NCBI RefSeq assembly: GCF_018977255.1
Contig: NW_024704742.1
Span: 41,728,001 to 41,792,000, forward strand
Direction: 5' to 3'
DNA from: Callorhinchus milii
Lineage: Eukaryota
Length of the DNA: 64,000 nucleotides
In this document: in pieces, positions 63,241-64,000 of the stretch
Position numbering within the stretch: the first letter of the stretch is position 1
Layout of the letters: every line of letters begins with the position of its first letter
The notes under the pieces: generated by a model
What the model saw: only the letters and a program-made list of their open reading frames with translations
The model's database searches: none
What the model was told of the DNA's origin: nothing
Made by a program: the position numbers and the translations under genes

Positions 63241-63745
63241 TAGTGATAGCCTGATGAACATTTGTTCAGTTAGTACTGTAGCCCATTTTTACTTTGTGTG
63301 AATTCCAATTATCTGCTCTGTTAGCTTATCCACAATGGGTTGGTTGCAATTAGTGCAACTCATCAATTCTCTACTGTAGCTGTATAGCAGTGTTTGAAGC
63401 TGCCTGCCATCTTCTCTATCTGTTCAAGTATCATGGCAATAACATTTCAATGTGTCACATTTCAGTTTGCTTAATTTTTGAAGAACAAGTGGAATGAGGG
63501 GTAAAATGGAATTGCAATGTGACCAAGAATCGAAAAGAACATTTAGAAACCATCACAAACATATGATTAATATCTTCAAGTTAAGCCTTTGGGGTGAAAA
63601 AGCACAACAATTTGATAATACAGCATATTCTGTCTCTTTTCAGAGTGCTGAAGGCAGCCAGAGACAGTAATTGTATGCACTGTTCAAACACAATACAATA
63701 CAAAAATCAGCAAACGGAAGACTTAGCACTAGGTTTCATTAGCTC

Positions 63746-64000
63746 AGTCCCGTAGCTCAGTGGTTGAAGTATTTGCTTTGCAAATGAGAGACCTGTGTTC
63801 AATTCCCAGCAGGGTGAAACCTTGGGCAAGTTTCCTTACTCCACACGGCTGATAAAAATCCCTCAAGAGAATAAAACAATCATAAATTGGTCACTTCAAA
63901 CCACAACTGTTTGTGGGACACTGCTGGGCGCAATTGGCTGCTGCATTTCGCCCACAAATATACAGTGAATTCACTTTACAGTCTATTCTGTGAAGTGCTT
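63746..64000 (+). mobile_element. tRNA-Ala SINE, runs off the window end
   Basis: AGTCCCGTAGCTCAGTGGTTGAAG...CCTTGGGCAAGTTTCCTTACTCCACAC. Confidence 0.92.

Noticed and set aside
195..63301. Numerous 60-110 aa ORFs in the supplied track
   Set aside because: They have no recognisable domains, many use non-ATG starts or are antisense or alternative frames of TEs, and they are consistent with random ORFs.
1470..64000. Recurrent near-identical short motifs that might suggest a CRISPR-like or other array
   Set aside because: They are dispersed at irregular kilobase spacing on both strands and are SINE/L2 tails; the DNA is vertebrate and no cas-like ORFs are present.

Overview
This is eukaryotic, AT-rich, repeat-dense non-coding DNA, either intergenic or deep intronic. 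The repeat inventory points to a cartilaginous fish, most likely a chimaera such as Callorhinchus; this is an inference from repeat style, not a database match. I could not support any host protein-coding exon. The longer ORFs are retroelement or transposase remnants. Contents: (1) many 5'-truncated L2-clade LINE copies in two tail subfamilies, plus one RT-domain copy and one APE-endonuclease fragment; (2) CR1-clade LINE fragments; (3) a young tRNA-Ala-headed SINE that shares the L2 3' stem-loop, in long and short variants; (4) older DeuSINE-like copies; (5) a decayed hAT (Buster/SPIN/GTF2IRD2-like) transposon with both TIRs and a degenerate 8-bp TSD, and a hAT MITE; (6) several foldback elements; (7) a four-copy unclassified retroposon-like repeat; (8) a Penelope-type terminal repeat carrying a minimal hammerhead ribozyme core; (9) TE-free stretches that look like conserved non-coding enhancers. 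Boundaries of decayed repeats are approximate (about +/-10-30 bp) and family names come from recognition by eye.
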